Notes: generated from the sequence alone by a model not told the origin. DNA of 64,000 nt from Nitrospirota bacterium (GCA_963703955.1 CAVPGK010000014.1:1-64000); one strand, 5' to 3'; positions 38,789-49,513 are shown, counted from the first letter of the stretch. A program made the numbers and translations.

Positions 38789-39035
38789 CAGGATGCTCAA
38801 GAAGACAAGCCGACAGGGCCGCAGGGGCCCGCGGCGCGATGAATAAAGAGCGCCACGTTTGTGCGCGCCGCCGAGACGAATAAGGAGCCTCACGTTTGCG
38901 CACGCCCGCGAGCCGGTGAGCGGGCAGTGTCTTCGGTGAGGCGGCCGGGTCTTTGGACGCCGAGGCCTACAGTGCGAGCACGTGAAGGCATCCAAGTGAC
39001 CGAAAACGAAGTTGGGTGCCTCTTTCAGCATCCTG
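38789..39035. mobile_element. MITE-like element with internal tandem ~35-bp units
   Basis: TIRs CAGGATGCTCAAGAAG / CTCTTTCAGCATCCTG. No coding capacity. Supplies the stop codon of the adjacent gene. Confidence 0.7.
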
Positions 39036-39942
39036 CGATGCGGTGGGCGCCGGGTGGGACACGTTCCCCAACCAGGGATGGATGGCACAAGGCCGCCAGT
39101 AGGGCAACGCCATCAACCAGTCGTGGTCCGGGTCGGCTGAAATAGGCACCGGCGTCCACCGCGAAGACACGACCATTGCGTACAGCTGGGAGCCGTGTCC
39201 ATTCTGGATGAGATTGGACGCGGCTGATTTCCTTCTGAGTGCGATCGATGGAGAATCCACACGGCATCAACACCAGAACGTCGGGCTTGGTCATCGCCAG
39301 TCGTTCCCAAGTGATCCGCTCGGATGGGGCGCCCGCTGTGCCGAGTACATCGTTCCCGCCAGCCCATGCGACCATCTCCGGAACCCAGTGGCCGGCGGCA
39401 AAAAGGGGGTCGAGCCACTCGATGCATGCGACATTCGGCCGTTCGCGCGCCGACATGAGGCTGGCACGAATGGATTCGAGGCGTGAACGGGACGAGGCGA
39501 TAAGCGCACGGGCTTCAGACGCTTTTCCGAGAGCGGTCCCGATCCGCTCGATGTCTCCGAAGATATGATCAAGGCGAGTGGGGTTCAGCGTCAGCACGTG
39601 AGGCGGGTTCGGCAGCGCATGGAGCGCCTGCTGTAGTTGGTTCGGCGTGATCGCGCAAACGTGGCAAAGGTCTTGAGTGATGACCACGTCCGGGCATGCG
39701 CGCCCGAATCCCGTGTCATCCAAGGCATATAAGTATTGCTGGCTGCTGAGCGCCGAGCGGACCTGCCGGTCGATGTCGGAACTCGACGCCCGTTCTGAAT
39801 CGATGATAGCGCGGACCATGACGGGCTTGTCCCGCACCTCCGGGGGATAGTCGCACTCGTGACTAACTCCGACTAAGTTATCCGCCAGTCCCAAGGCTGC
39901 TACCACTTCAGTTGCTCCGGGTAAGAGAGAACAGATTCTCAT
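39025..39942 (-). CDS. Cobalamin/Fe-siderophore ABC substrate-binding-like protein (BtuF-like)
   Basis: MRICSLLPGATE, GVSHECDYP, GHWVPEM, YFSRPGPRL. Confidence 0.85.
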   Translation of the reverse strand: MRICSLLPGATEVVAALGLADNLVGVSHECDYPPEVRDKPVMVRAIIDSERASSSDIDRQVRSALSSQQYLYALDDTGFGRACPDVVITQDLCHVCAITPNQLQQALHALPNPPHVLTLNPTRLDHIFGDIERIGTALGKASEARALIASSRSRLESIRASLMSARERPNVACIEWLDPLFAAGHWVPEMVAWAGGNDVLGTAGAPSERITWERLAMTKPDVLVLMPCGFSIDRTQKEISRVQSHPEWTRLPAVRNGRVFAVDAGAYFSRPGPRLVDGVALLAALCHPSLVGERVPPGAHRIAGC

Positions 39943-40023
39943 GCCGTTCGTCTTGCCCCCGTAATGGACGGTCCCGCCCAGCATGGTGCGGGGATCGCCA
40001 AAGGCGTGTACGACAGCCAGGCC

Positions 40024-40722
40024 TTACGGCGCCTCCTCGAATTTCCAAAGCCGACGTTCCAGGTCCCTCAATCTGACGTCTGAGAGCGATCGGGTGACCG
40101 CGTCCGCCTCATCCAATTCCTCGACGGGATGCGTATTCGCCACGGCCAGCACTTTCATTCCGGCGGCATGGGCTCCTTGAATGCCGGGAATCGAGTCTTC
40201 GATCACCAGGCAGTCTTCGGCGGTCAGCTTTGGTCCGGTGTTTGGCTGATTGAGTCCGTGCATGGCGTGGAGAAAACCCTCCGGATTGGGCTTGCCGTGG
40301 CTGACGTCTTCGGAACTGGTGATATGTTCGAACTCTTTCCGAATTCCTGCTTCTTCCAGGATGAGCTCGATCTCGTGGCGGAGTGCCCCTGAACATATGG
40401 CGAGGCGATGTCGCTTGGCCGCATCGCAGACAAATGCGCGCACCCCCGGAAAAATGGCGAGTTGCTGTCGAATACACAGGAGGTAGGCAGCCGCCTTGCG
40501 ACGAACCAACTGAGCGATGATCTCGGAAGAGGTGGGGTGACCGTGCGCGGCAAGAAATGCGGCAAAGCAACCTTTGTCGTCGTAGCCCAAATAGTTGGCG
40601 TAATATTCTTCCTTGCTGAGAAAGAGTCCCAATTCCCCCAGCACCCCTTGAAAGACCGCAAAGTGCACGGGTTCGGTATCCGCCACCACCCCATCAAAGT
40701 CGAGAATGATCGCGCGCAACAA
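40024..40722 (-). CDS. HAD-family phosphatase
   Basis: Motifs DFDGVVADT, KPNPE, IEDS..G. Confidence 0.9.
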   Translation of the reverse strand: MLRAIILDFDGVVADTEPVHFAVFQGVLGELGLFLSKEEYYANYLGYDDKGCFAAFLAAHGHPTSSEIIAQLVRRKAAAYLLCIRQQLAIFPGVRAFVCDAAKRHRLAICSGALRHEIELILEEAGIRKEFEHITSSEDVSHGKPNPEGFLHAMHGLNQPNTGPKLTAEDCLVIEDSIPGIQGAHAAGMKVLAVANTHPVEELDEADAVTRSLSDVRLRDLERRLWKFEEAP

Positions 40723-40858
40723 GGGGTCCTCGCTATGAAGTCGAACCTGGTGATGTCATCTGCCCTGCTCCGCGGAGTTGCGGTTTCGACGTGACGGCGT
40801 GCCGCTGCCGAATGAGGCACACAGTATAACAGAGTGAGACTCTGGTTGGGGAATGACC

Positions 40859-41491
40859 TTATCTGATTGCGAGTCGATTTTCCGCGACCCAGCCTCTGAC
40901 GCCGGTTTCTGCGCGAACTGAGTAGATCCAGACGTTATTCTGAAGCTCGGCGTCGAGCACAGTCAACGTGGACCCAGTGCGAATGGTAGGCCCCGGTCGC
41001 GTGCCTTCAGCATCGCTGGTTAGCGAGATGCTTCCGGTCGGTGAACTCGAATCCGGCTTCACGGTCACACGCTGGCCTTCACTGAAGAGAGGGGTGGGTA
41101 CGTTGGCGGGAGCGGGAGGAAAAATGACCGGCAACCCCGAAGTCGGCGATTCAGGCGCGGGCGGTGGAGAAGGCGCGATTTCGGCCGGTGGCTGGGCGAC
41201 CGTCGGTGGCGGGACGGGAGAGGGCGCAGAGGGCGGACCCTGTCCGATCAGATCGAGCACCAGGCTGGGGTCTGAGGCCAAGTAGGTCCCTCCCGCCACC
41301 ATCAGGAGGAGCAGGACTAGAATCCATGGTCTAAGACGGGGAGGCTTTGTCGAAGGTTCAGGCGATCCCAGAACCACGGGCTCATCTGGGCCGTCATCCT
41401 TCTCGAATTCAGGTTCCGGCTCACGGGCAAACGATAGATTCCACCCTGGTACTCCATTCACCGTCCTCATTGCGGCGGAATGTGAATACAT
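40859..41491 (-). CDS. Membrane-anchored Pro-rich protein with C-terminal SH3-like domain
   Basis: Single TM segment, Pro-rich linker, W.YSVR..G..GWV. Confidence 0.7.
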   Translation of the reverse strand: MYSHSAAMRTVNGVPGWNLSFAREPEPEFEKDDGPDEPVVLGSPEPSTKPPRLRPWILVLLLLMVAGGTYLASDPSLVLDLIGQGPPSAPSPVPPPTVAQPPAEIAPSPPPAPESPTSGLPVIFPPAPANVPTPLFSEGQRVTVKPDSSSPTGSISLTSDAEGTRPGPTIRTGSTLTVLDAELQNNVWIYSVRAETGVRGWVAENRLAIR

Positions 41492-41579
41492 TCAGCCTCC
41501 TTTCTCCTCTGACCAGGTTGTCACACGAGAATGGTAGATATCACTATAAGATGGGCCTGTCAAACAACTGTCGTCCTTT

Positions 41580-41819
41580 CAGGATGCTCGAAAAGGCATT
41601 TACATTCGCTCCCGCCGGGTGCCGTTTCACCTACGGCCCCCGAGCCCGCCAAGACAGGCTCTGTTCTCGTGGAACGCGCTCATTCCCGTCGCAACAAGGC
41701 CGCAAATCCCTTCACACGAACACGAGGGATGTTGAGGCGCTTCCTACTCCTCGCGACCACCGTGCACATCTGCTCGGGAGAGCGCGTCTTGGCGAGCCGG
41801 GTACTGGGTCAACGTCCTG
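41580..41819. mobile_element. MITE-like element related at its termini to 38789-39035
   Basis: Begins CAGGATGCTCGAAAAGG and ends CAACGTCCTG. Internal inverted repeat GCCAAGAC / GTCTTGGC. Confidence 0.55.
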
Positions 41820-41820
41820 A

Positions 41821-43608
41821 TCAGCAGTATTGGACATTGGCGCACGCCATCACCTGTTTGTCGCGACTCCCTGCGCGAAAGACCGTGATGCCCTTGCAAC
41901 CCAGACGATACGCCAGCCGCAAGGCCGAAGCAACCTCAGTCGGAGAGGCCGTAGCCGGCAGATTGATGGTCTTTGAGACGCCACTGTCGCTGTATTTCTG
42001 GAATACGGCCTGCATTCGAACATGGTGTTCGGGAGTCACATCGTGGGCGGTAACAAAGACACGGCGGATCGACGCCGGGATGTTCGTCAGGTGTTGGATT
42101 GATTCATTCGCGGCCACCTGTTCGATGAGACGGTTGGAATAGATCCCGGCGCGGCGGGCCTGCCGCGCAAAGAGCGGATGGACTGAGACCAATCGCACGT
42201 CCTCCATGACCGTTCTGACAAAACTAACCCCGTAGAGAGGTTCGATGCCTGGTGAGCAATCGGCAATGATGCTGATCGTTCCAGTCGGCGCCACCGTCGT
42301 GACCGTGGCGTTACGAAGCCGGTGGCCGTTCGACTCGATCCGGCTCCCTTTGAAGTTCGGAAAGACCCCACGTTCCTGGGCCAACTCTTTCGACGCGTCT
42401 CGTGCTCGTTCCCAAATGAAGCGCATCAGTCGCTCGCCGATTCGCAGCGCCCGATCCGAATGATAAGGAATGTTGAGCGTGAGCAGGAGGTCGGCAAATC
42501 CCATGACCCCCAATCCGATCTTACGGTTGGCTTTGGTGATCGCGGCGATTTCAGGTAAGGGATACTGATTGATGTCGATGACATTGTCTAGAAAGCGGAC
42601 GGCGATCGGAATCACCTGTGCCAAGCGGCCAAAATCGATGCGGGGGCGAGTCGAAGAGCGGGTGATGAATCGCGCCAGATTAATCGAGCCGAGGTTGCAT
42701 GATTCATAAGGCAGCAGCGGTTGCTCCGCGCAGGGATTTGTCGCTTCCATGGGACCGATGTGCGGAGTGGGATTGGTGGCATTAATGGTATCCAAGAATA
42801 CCACGCCCGGTTCCCCGGTGCTCCAGGCCGCTTCCACAATCCGGTCAAATACGACGGATGCGCGGATGCGGCTGACTGTTCGCCCGGTTCGCGGGTGGAT
42901 CAGGGGATACTCTTGTCCCCGGTCGAGCGCCCGCATGAATGCATCGGTCACGCCCACAGAAAGATTGAAGTTCGTCAATTCGTGGTGATCCCGCTTGATG
43001 TCGATGAACCCGAGAATATCGGGATGGTCGATGCGCAGGATGCCCATATTGGCGCCACGCCGCGTGCCGCCCTGTTTGACGACTTCCGTGGCCATATTAA
43101 AGACACGCATGAAGGACACCGGTCCCGATGCAATGCCGCTGGTTGAGGACACGGGATCGTTTTTTGGGCGGAGATGACTGAACGCAAAGCCGGTCCCGCC
43201 GCCCGACTGATGGATGAGCGCTTGGTGCTTCACCGCTTCGAAGATCGACTCCAGCGAGTCTTCGACCGGCAGGACGAAACAGGCCGACAGTTGCTGCAAC
43301 TCGCGTCCCGCATTCATCAAGGTGGGGGAGTTCGGGAGAAACTCCAGGCGGCTCATCATCACATAGAACGCTTGAGCGATCGACGCCTTGGTCCGCTCAT
43401 CTCCGCCGTTCAATCGCTCCGCTTCGGCGATATTGTTCGCCACGCGGCGAAACAGTCGCAGTGGGGTTTCAATGACCCGACCGTCGGCAGCCTTTTTCAG
43501 ATAGCGGCGACGAAGGACCGTCAAGGCATTCGCCGAGAGACGCGGCGCCGGTTGACCGCTTGACCGAGAATGGATGATCATCGCATGACCCGAACGAAAT
43601 GGATTCAA
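41821..43608 (-). CDS. nrdJ: Adenosylcobalamin-dependent (class II) ribonucleotide reductase
   Basis: [48 protein letters not shown]. Confidence 0.9.
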   Translation of the reverse strand: MNPFRSGHAMIIHSRSSGQPAPRLSANALTVLRRRYLKKAADGRVIETPLRLFRRVANNIAEAERLNGGDERTKASIAQAFYVMMSRLEFLPNSPTLMNAGRELQQLSACFVLPVEDSLESIFEAVKHQALIHQSGGGTGFAFSHLRPKNDPVSSTSGIASGPVSFMRVFNMATEVVKQGGTRRGANMGILRIDHPDILGFIDIKRDHHELTNFNLSVGVTDAFMRALDRGQEYPLIHPRTGRTVSRIRASVVFDRIVEAAWSTGEPGVVFLDTINATNPTPHIGPMEATNPCAEQPLLPYESCNLGSINLARFITRSSTRPRIDFGRLAQVIPIAVRFLDNVIDINQYPLPEIAAITKANRKIGLGVMGFADLLLTLNIPYHSDRALRIGERLMRFIWERARDASKELAQERGVFPNFKGSRIESNGHRLRNATVTTVAPTGTISIIADCSPGIEPLYGVSFVRTVMEDVRLVSVHPLFARQARRAGIYSNRLIEQVAANESIQHLTNIPASIRRVFVTAHDVTPEHHVRMQAVFQKYSDSGVSKTINLPATASPTEVASALRLAYRLGCKGITVFRAGSRDKQVMACANVQYC

Positions 43609-43741
43609 GACTTATTATATGGTACACGGGGCTCAGAGACCATGCCCGCATCGGACAAGCGTACCAGGATGCGAGTCCGACCCTTATGGGCTTGCATCTT
43701 CAATATTATGTCGTGCAGAATGCTGCCAGGTTGAGCACGCG

Positions 43742-44155
43742 ATGAAGTCCTACCGCGAAGAACTCTGGTTCGAAACCAAGACCAGACGGGCTTACATCAA
43801 CATTACTCCGCAGGTTGAACGCGCCGTGCATAAGAGCGGCGTGCGCGAGGGGCTCGTTCTTATCAACGCGATGCACATCAGCGCCAGCGTATACATTAAT
43901 GATGATGAGCAAGGGTTGTTGAAAGACTATGATGCCTTCTTGGAGAGATTGGCCCCCCAGAGCGGCACGTATTGCCATAATGAGACGGGCGAAGATAACG
44001 GTGATGCCCATATCAAGCGGCAGATCATGGGTCGGGAGGTCGTCGTGGCGATTACGAACGGGCGGCTCGACTTCGGTCCCTGGGAGCAGATCTTCTATGG
44101 GGAATTCGACGGACGTCGCCGTAAACGAGTGCTCATCAAAGTCATCGGGGAGTAG
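43742..44155 (+). CDS. yjbQ: YjbQ/UPF0047-family protein
   Basis: Motifs NGDAHIK and [14 protein letters not shown]. Confidence 0.9.
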   Translation: MKSYREELWFETKTRRAYINITPQVERAVHKSGVREGLVLINAMHISASVYINDDEQGLLKDYDAFLERLAPQSGTYCHNETGEDNGDAHIKRQIMGREVVVAITNGRLDFGPWEQIFYGEFDGRRRKRVLIKVIGE

Positions 44156-44296
44156 CCGTCTGGTGAGCAAGAAGACAACAACAAAAAACAAAAGTGTGGG
44201 CTTGGCTCTTGCCTCTTGAAAGAAAGTTTGGCAACATGAACACGCGTTTGGATGAACATCTCGTGCCTTACGGCATGGACGATGGAGGAGGGTCAT

Positions 44297-45319
44297 ATGT
44301 TTAGTAGCGCGCGGCCCGATCCCTTGACGCGCGATCTCATCCACCTGATCAACGCCCGTCGTCACGACCATGGCGACGCTGATGCGGCCGTTGAGACCTT
44401 GCAAGCCATTCTTGAGCAGGACCGCGAGCAAGATTTGCTGACGGTGCTTGCTGCGCTGGATGAGGAGATGGCGGAATGGATGTTCGATCTGTTGGCGGAG
44501 GCAGCCTGTTCGGTTGCCGTTGAGCACGATCAGGCAGGACCAGAAGATAAACCTACCTATGCCATTATGGCCGCGCTCGAGCTGCCCCTGCAGGCCGATC
44601 TCAGCTCGCCGCTTCGATTGAAGATCGATCCGGTCGCTACCGCTGACCTGCTGCATAAACATCTTCATCTGCCGGCCGGCACTGTCGTCATGGTGGAACC
44701 GAGACTGCTCACCGACGCTACCTTGGATTTGTTGACCTTGCACGGGTTAAATGAACACATCTCCTCGCTTGCCGATTCCCAGCGCCGTCATCCGATTGCT
44801 GCTCGCTTGCATCCACCCGTCGAATCAACTGCGTACTTGATTTTCGAGCTGATCGGCTCACCCGAATCCGGGTTGCCCGATTCGGTTGAGGAGCAAGACC
44901 GTCAGGCTCTTGTCGGAGGACTCGCCTCGCAGTGTTCAGAGTTGGCTTCCGCGCCGCAGATGCTAGAAGCCCCAGTCTATGCCGCCTATGCGATGTTCGA
45001 TGCGCAAAATGCCGTGCGGCTGCATCGGCTGGCCGATGAAACGATTGGTGTGTGGCGAGATCTCGATCCGAACGTGCGCGGTCGGACCATCGTGCATCTT
45101 CACACGCAATGCGGCAACGGAGTGTACATGCCGGTCTGGACCGATCTTTTTGACCCCGAGTTACCCGAAGACCACGGCCCGGTCTGGACCTCGCCGGATG
45201 TCTGGGTCTTCACCGCCGATCTCCCTATCGAGTGGCCCGGAGAAATGCTGACCAACCGGCTGCTCGCTGAAGGCTGCACCCGCTTCGAAAACCACATCGT
45301 GGAAACTCCGGAGAATTAA
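44297..45319 (+). CDS. Hypothetical acidic protein
   Basis: Long ORF with GGAGG RBS. No motif recognised. Confidence 0.7.
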   Translation: MFSSARPDPLTRDLIHLINARRHDHGDADAAVETLQAILEQDREQDLLTVLAALDEEMAEWMFDLLAEAACSVAVEHDQAGPEDKPTYAIMAALELPLQADLSSPLRLKIDPVATADLLHKHLHLPAGTVVMVEPRLLTDATLDLLTLHGLNEHISSLADSQRRHPIAARLHPPVESTAYLIFELIGSPESGLPDSVEEQDRQALVGGLASQCSELASAPQMLEAPVYAAYAMFDAQNAVRLHRLADETIGVWRDLDPNVRGRTIVHLHTQCGNGVYMPVWTDLFDPELPEDHGPVWTSPDVWVFTADLPIEWPGEMLTNRLLAEGCTRFENHIVETPEN

Positions 45320-45523
45320 TCCGACCGATCACAGCAGTGAATCGTCCTACGTTCGCTTCTCTCGACCACCTTGGACCGTCCGGCCGCAGGCAGTGCGGAA
45401 TTTTCCACGATCAGGAAAGGAGGCGGCGCTTTGGCAACCGCCGGAGTTAGCTTGTAGGAGTTTAGGTGCCCGAATTCAAGATGCGACTGGAACTTACTGA
45501 AACGTCTCGTGACGCTGCCGGAG

Positions 45524-45922
45524 TTACTGCGTTCCGAATCCCCCGAAGCCGGGGCTCCCTAGGGGCTCAAGACCGCGGGGCGTGGGTTGAGGTGTGAGCA
45601 ACGGGAGAGGCGGCGGCTGAACCGCTGGTGCATGTGGGGCGGGGATGGCCGGAATCGTTTGCTTCGCGGCGGAAGAGCCGAAGTGGTAGATCGTACCTGA
45701 CTGTGTCTGTCCCCCTGGACCGATGAACTGCGACGTAGGGCCGAACTTGTAAGCCATGCCCATCGTGCCGTGCGGGTCCTGATAGACGCCGACTCCACCG
45801 AAATCGTATACCGTTCCCGTCGTCCCGTCTTTCCCCCGAAAGATCCTCATCTCACCGAAGGCGATTCCGGCCACCAATGAGACTCCGACGATCATTCCAG
45901 CAATGAGCTGTCGCATAGGCAA
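45524..45922 (-). CDS. Hypothetical secreted Gly/Pro-rich protein
   Basis: Signal peptide and repeated G-x-x-Y-x-FG units. Confidence 0.65.
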   Translation of the reverse strand: MPMRQLIAGMIVGVSLVAGIAFGEMRIFRGKDGTTGTVYDFGGVGVYQDPHGTMGMAYKFGPTSQFIGPGGQTQSGTIYHFGSSAAKQTIPAIPAPHAPAVQPPPLPLLTPQPTPRGLEPLGSPGFGGFGTQ

Positions 45923-46115
45923 GCCGTTAATTCACTATAACACTAGGAGATCCGGCAAACAGCTTGACTATCACGTTCCTTTCATAACGGAATTCTTGCG
46001 CGCGTTCGATCACTCCATCAGAAGGTTCTCTTGAGAAAGGGTGCCTCACGTGAAGCATCAGATGGATTTCAAGGTGAAAGTGACCTCACTCTCTGCCGGC
46101 ATACCGATGCCCCGG

Positions 46116-46475
46116 CTACTCCGCAACTCCCCCATAAGATCCCCAGGGCATGTAGCAATTGCAGGGGGCGCCGACCGCATAGGTGTACGACGTGGCCGGG
46201 TTCAACCAGCAGCGTCCCTGTGGTGTCACGCACCATTGCACCCATCGGTTTTGACCCTCTCCTGCTAGAATTCCCCAAGGGCTGCTGGGTGGGATGTTGC
46301 TCGATTGCTGACCGCACATATCTTCGACTTCAACCACCGTATACCCTGCCTGATGAAGTCGAAGTCGGTCCTGCACCGTGCATTCACCGCCTGCACTCTG
46401 CGCCTCGTAGGAAGCCGTCATCCCGAAGACCGTCGAGAGAGAGATCACGATGATAAGAAGAGATTGCCGTCTCAT
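46116..46475 (-). CDS. Small secreted Cys-rich protein
   Basis: GGAGG RBS, signal peptide, six Cys. Confidence 0.65.
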   Translation of the reverse strand: MRRQSLLIIVISLSTVFGMTASYEAQSAGGECTVQDRLRLHQAGYTVVEVEDMCGQQSSNIPPSSPWGILAGEGQNRWVQWCVTPQGRCWLNPATSYTYAVGAPCNCYMPWGSYGGVAE

Positions 46476-46591
46476 ATTGTCCTCCATGGCTGGGTTTCCT
46501 GAGCAACCTAGGCAATTATACGTGGTATAAGCCGATCTTCGCAACCAGGCAAACAGGCCCGGACATCAATATGGTTTAGCCTTCACTGTCG

Positions 46592-47440
46592 TCAGGACGT
46601 CGCCGCCTTTCTCAATGGCTCCAAGAGCTTGCTCGGAACCTGCAAATTGCCGCGCCCGATTCCTACCTCGATGTCCGGCTTGGTAATGCCGTGGAAGTCG
46701 CTGCCCCCGGTCACCAACAGTTCCAGATGGCGGGCGATTTCCAAGTATTGGGCTGTCTGCTCCGGGCGGTGGGTGCTGTAGTGGACCTCGACTCCGGCCA
46801 GGCCATCGGATTTTAACCGGTCACAGATTTGGTAGATCCCTTCCGAGCGATCCAGCCAGGCGGGATGAGCGAGCACCGGGACCCCGCCGGCGGCTCTGAT
46901 CATGGCGATGGCTTCTGCCGGCAAGGGGAGCTCGCGGGGTACATACGCAGCGGCGCCATCGGCCAGATACCGATCGAAGGCCTCCTTGGCTGACTTCACA
47001 TACCCTTTGTTCATCAAGACACGTGCGATGTGAGGCCGTCCGACGGAATCCGTGTGAGCGAGCTGTTTGACCTCCTCGTAGGTGATCTCGATGCTCAAGC
47101 CATTCAACTTTTCAATAATGAGGGGGTTCCGCACATGGCGTGCGTCGCGAAGTCGGTTGAGATGATTCAACAGGGTCGTGTCCTTCCAATCGAGAAAATA
47201 GCCGAGGATATGCAGCTCGCTTGACCCGAGGCGTGAACTGATTTCAATCCCTGGGATCACCTCGATGCCGAACCGGCTGCCGGCTTCGATAGCCCCAGGA
47301 ATCCCGTCCACGGTGTCATGGTCGGTGATCGCGAGCGCGCTGACGTTGACTTTCCGGGCCAGTGCCAAGACCTCAGCCGGCGGGAGGCTGCCGTCGGAAA
47401 AGGTGGTGTGCAAGTGGAGATCAAGTCGGTCCATGACCAC
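46592..47440 (-). CDS. PHP-domain metal-dependent phosphoesterase (TrpH/YciV-like)
   Basis: Motifs DLHLHT..SDG, ITDHD, GRPH, LAHP, GGSDFHG. Confidence 0.92.
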   Translation of the reverse strand: MVMDRLDLHLHTTFSDGSLPPAEVLALARKVNVSALAITDHDTVDGIPGAIEAGSRFGIEVIPGIEISSRLGSSELHILGYFLDWKDTTLLNHLNRLRDARHVRNPLIIEKLNGLSIEITYEEVKQLAHTDSVGRPHIARVLMNKGYVKSAKEAFDRYLADGAAAYVPRELPLPAEAIAMIRAAGGVPVLAHPAWLDRSEGIYQICDRLKSDGLAGVEVHYSTHRPEQTAQYLEIARHLELLVTGGSDFHGITKPDIEVGIGRGNLQVPSKLLEPLRKAATS

Positions 47441-47479
47441 GCTCGTGTCGTCGATGCGTTTGATGCCGCTGTTGCCCGT

Positions 47480-48403
47480 TCATCGTTCTTTCTGGGCGAG
47501 GAGTCTCGCCGTGAAAGCGGGCCGAGGGTCGCGTCCTGTTCCATGCTCACCCTCCTCATAATGCAGCACGCGAAGCCCCGCTGCGAGTCGCAAGAGTTCG
47601 TTGTGCGTCAGACAGAACTCGCGACGGCTGGGATGGTGGTAGCGGAGATGATTCTCGATCAAGAAGGTTTCATACATCAGAACGCCCCCGGGCTTGAGGG
47701 CTTGAAAAAGGGCCGGGAGGATTGGACGGTAGAGATAAAAGAACACCATGATGGCGTCGTATTGCTCTTTCTGCAGATCTGGCGATCGATCCGGATCTTG
47801 CTCCAGGTCCATCATTCGTATGGTCACCCGCTCCAGATTCCTTTGCCGGGCCTGTCTGGCGAGTTCTCCCAATGCCTGCTCGTCGCGATCGATGGCTTCG
47901 ACGGAATATCCCTGTGTCGCAAGAAACAGAGAGTTCCGGCCGTGGCCTGCGGCTAGGTCGAGCACGTCGCCCTTGGGAAGCTTTTGCCAGTGATCCAGAA
48001 GAAAGCGAGCGGGTTTCGGTTCCGGGAGTTGGTCTGCTCGTGTGCGGTGAAGTCGGACACCGGCTGATCCCTGCACTCCTTTCACGGGGGGCTTGAGCTT
48101 TCTCACCCAGAGACGCACTCCCGAAATCGGAAATTCCGAAAAGAGCCTCCCGCTGATCCGCTCCGCCAACGTTTCCAAGAGGCGAAACTCCTGCTCTCGG
48201 CCAGCTTGGATGACCCGCTCGGCGACGCGGGAGTAATCCACAGCCTGGGCAATATCATCGGCCTCGACAACGGTCTGAAGGGCATAATCAGGGTAGTCGA
48301 GCTCTAGATCGACTCCAATGGGTTGGGCGATCCGACGCTCTTCGACTGTCACGCCGATATGGGCTTGAAATTCGAGGTGTTCGAGAACCAGTCTGTCAAC
48401 CAT
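47480..48403 (-). CDS. folB: Dihydroneopterin aldolase fused to a class I SAM methyltransferase (TehB-like)
   Basis: N-terminal HIGV..EER..Q, VDYS, LLE, KLKPP. C-terminal LDLAAGHGRNS and LKPGG. Confidence 0.85.
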   Translation of the reverse strand: MVDRLVLEHLEFQAHIGVTVEERRIAQPIGVDLELDYPDYALQTVVEADDIAQAVDYSRVAERVIQAGREQEFRLLETLAERISGRLFSEFPISGVRLWVRKLKPPVKGVQGSAGVRLHRTRADQLPEPKPARFLLDHWQKLPKGDVLDLAAGHGRNSLFLATQGYSVEAIDRDEQALGELARQARQRNLERVTIRMMDLEQDPDRSPDLQKEQYDAIMVFFYLYRPILPALFQALKPGGVLMYETFLIENHLRYHHPSRREFCLTHNELLRLAAGLRVLHYEEGEHGTGRDPRPAFTARLLAQKER

Positions 48404-48546
48404 GGTGTTCAGTTCCAGGGCTATGAGCCATTCTCATCGATAGGATTCCACAGAGTCAAGCTAAAGGGACTCACTCGGGTTGTTTGTAACTATTTGATGT
48501 CCCAATGCTTTTAAGCTCTGGCACCTCGTCACCATTTTAGAGTACA

Positions 48547-48927
48547 ATGCACCTCGAAAGCCGTTCTATTTCAAGGAGTAACCCCATGTTGGCCAAAAAC
48601 ATGCGCGATGGTGCCCAGGAGCAGACAGAGATTGAACTTCGGCAGCGTGCATTGAAATCTTTACTGGCTATGCGACAGAAACAGCTTCGCGAGTCCCTCG
48701 ATCACCGAATCAAGCGAGCTTGGAAAGAAGGGGAAGGGCAAAACCTGACGCGTGCGGAATGGGCAAGTTTACATAAGCAGGAGATTGCTCATGCCCGTGT
48801 GCAACTGGCGGATTTGCAACTGCAGAGTGTACGCACGAAAGGGCAGTTGAGCAAGTTAAAACGCGCAATGAACCGGGCAAGACGACTTCGGGCTTCTCAG
48901 TCTTCTACTTCCAGAAAACGGAAATAA
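48547..48927 (+). CDS. Hypothetical basic coiled-coil protein
   Basis: Helical ORF. AGGAG before the internal Met (MLAKN), so the start may be later. Confidence 0.6.
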   Translation: MHLESRSISRSNPMLAKNMRDGAQEQTEIELRQRALKSLLAMRQKQLRESLDHRIKRAWKEGEGQNLTRAEWASLHKQEIAHARVQLADLQLQSVRTKGQLSKLKRAMNRARRLRASQSSTSRKRK

Positions 48928-49007
48928 GGTTCCCCGCCATCTCGTTTGATTTACTAAGCGCCGAAGCCGGTGGTCGGATCAACTAAAGGCATTCATTTCT
49001 CAAGGAA

Positions 49008-49499
49008 ATGGCCGAACTTACCCATTTCAATGATTCCGGCAGGGCCCGCATGGTCGATGTATCGGGGAAGAACTCGACCGAGCGAGTCGCCACGGCGCAA
49101 GGCCGGGTCTGGCTGAAACCGGAAACGTTGGAGAAGATCCAACGGGGGAAGATTGCCAAGGGCGACGTGCTCGCGGTTGCACAGGTGGCCGGGGTCATGG
49201 GCGCTAAACGCACCCCCGACCTCATCCCCATGTGCCATCCCGTCTTGATCACCAGCGTCGACATCGGATTCAAAGAGGAACCTCAACCAGACCGGCAAGG
49301 ACTCTGCTCGATTACGATCAGCGCGACAGCGAAAACCATGGGGCAAACGGGCGTCGAAATGGAGGCGATGACCGCCGTCTCCGTGGCTGCGCTTACCATC
49401 TATGATATGTGCAAGGCCGTCGACAAGGGGATCACCTTCAGCGACATCTGCCTTGTCTCGAAGTCCGGTGGAAAATCAGGCACCTATGCACGTCCTTAG
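49008..49499 (+). CDS. moaC: Cyclic pyranopterin monophosphate synthase
   Basis: LTHF..GRARMVDVS, LIPMCHP, GVEMEA, KSGGKSG. Confidence 0.96.
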   Translation: MAELTHFNDSGRARMVDVSGKNSTERVATAQGRVWLKPETLEKIQRGKIAKGDVLAVAQVAGVMGAKRTPDLIPMCHPVLITSVDIGFKEEPQPDRQGLCSITISATAKTMGQTGVEMEAMTAVSVAALTIYDMCKAVDKGITFSDICLVSKSGGKSGTYARP

Positions 49500-49513
49500 G
49501 GCGATATGACCAC

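Noticed and set aside
38836..38917. CRISPR array from the ~35-bp tandem units
   Set aside because: Only two adjacent diverged units with no spacers and no cas genes.
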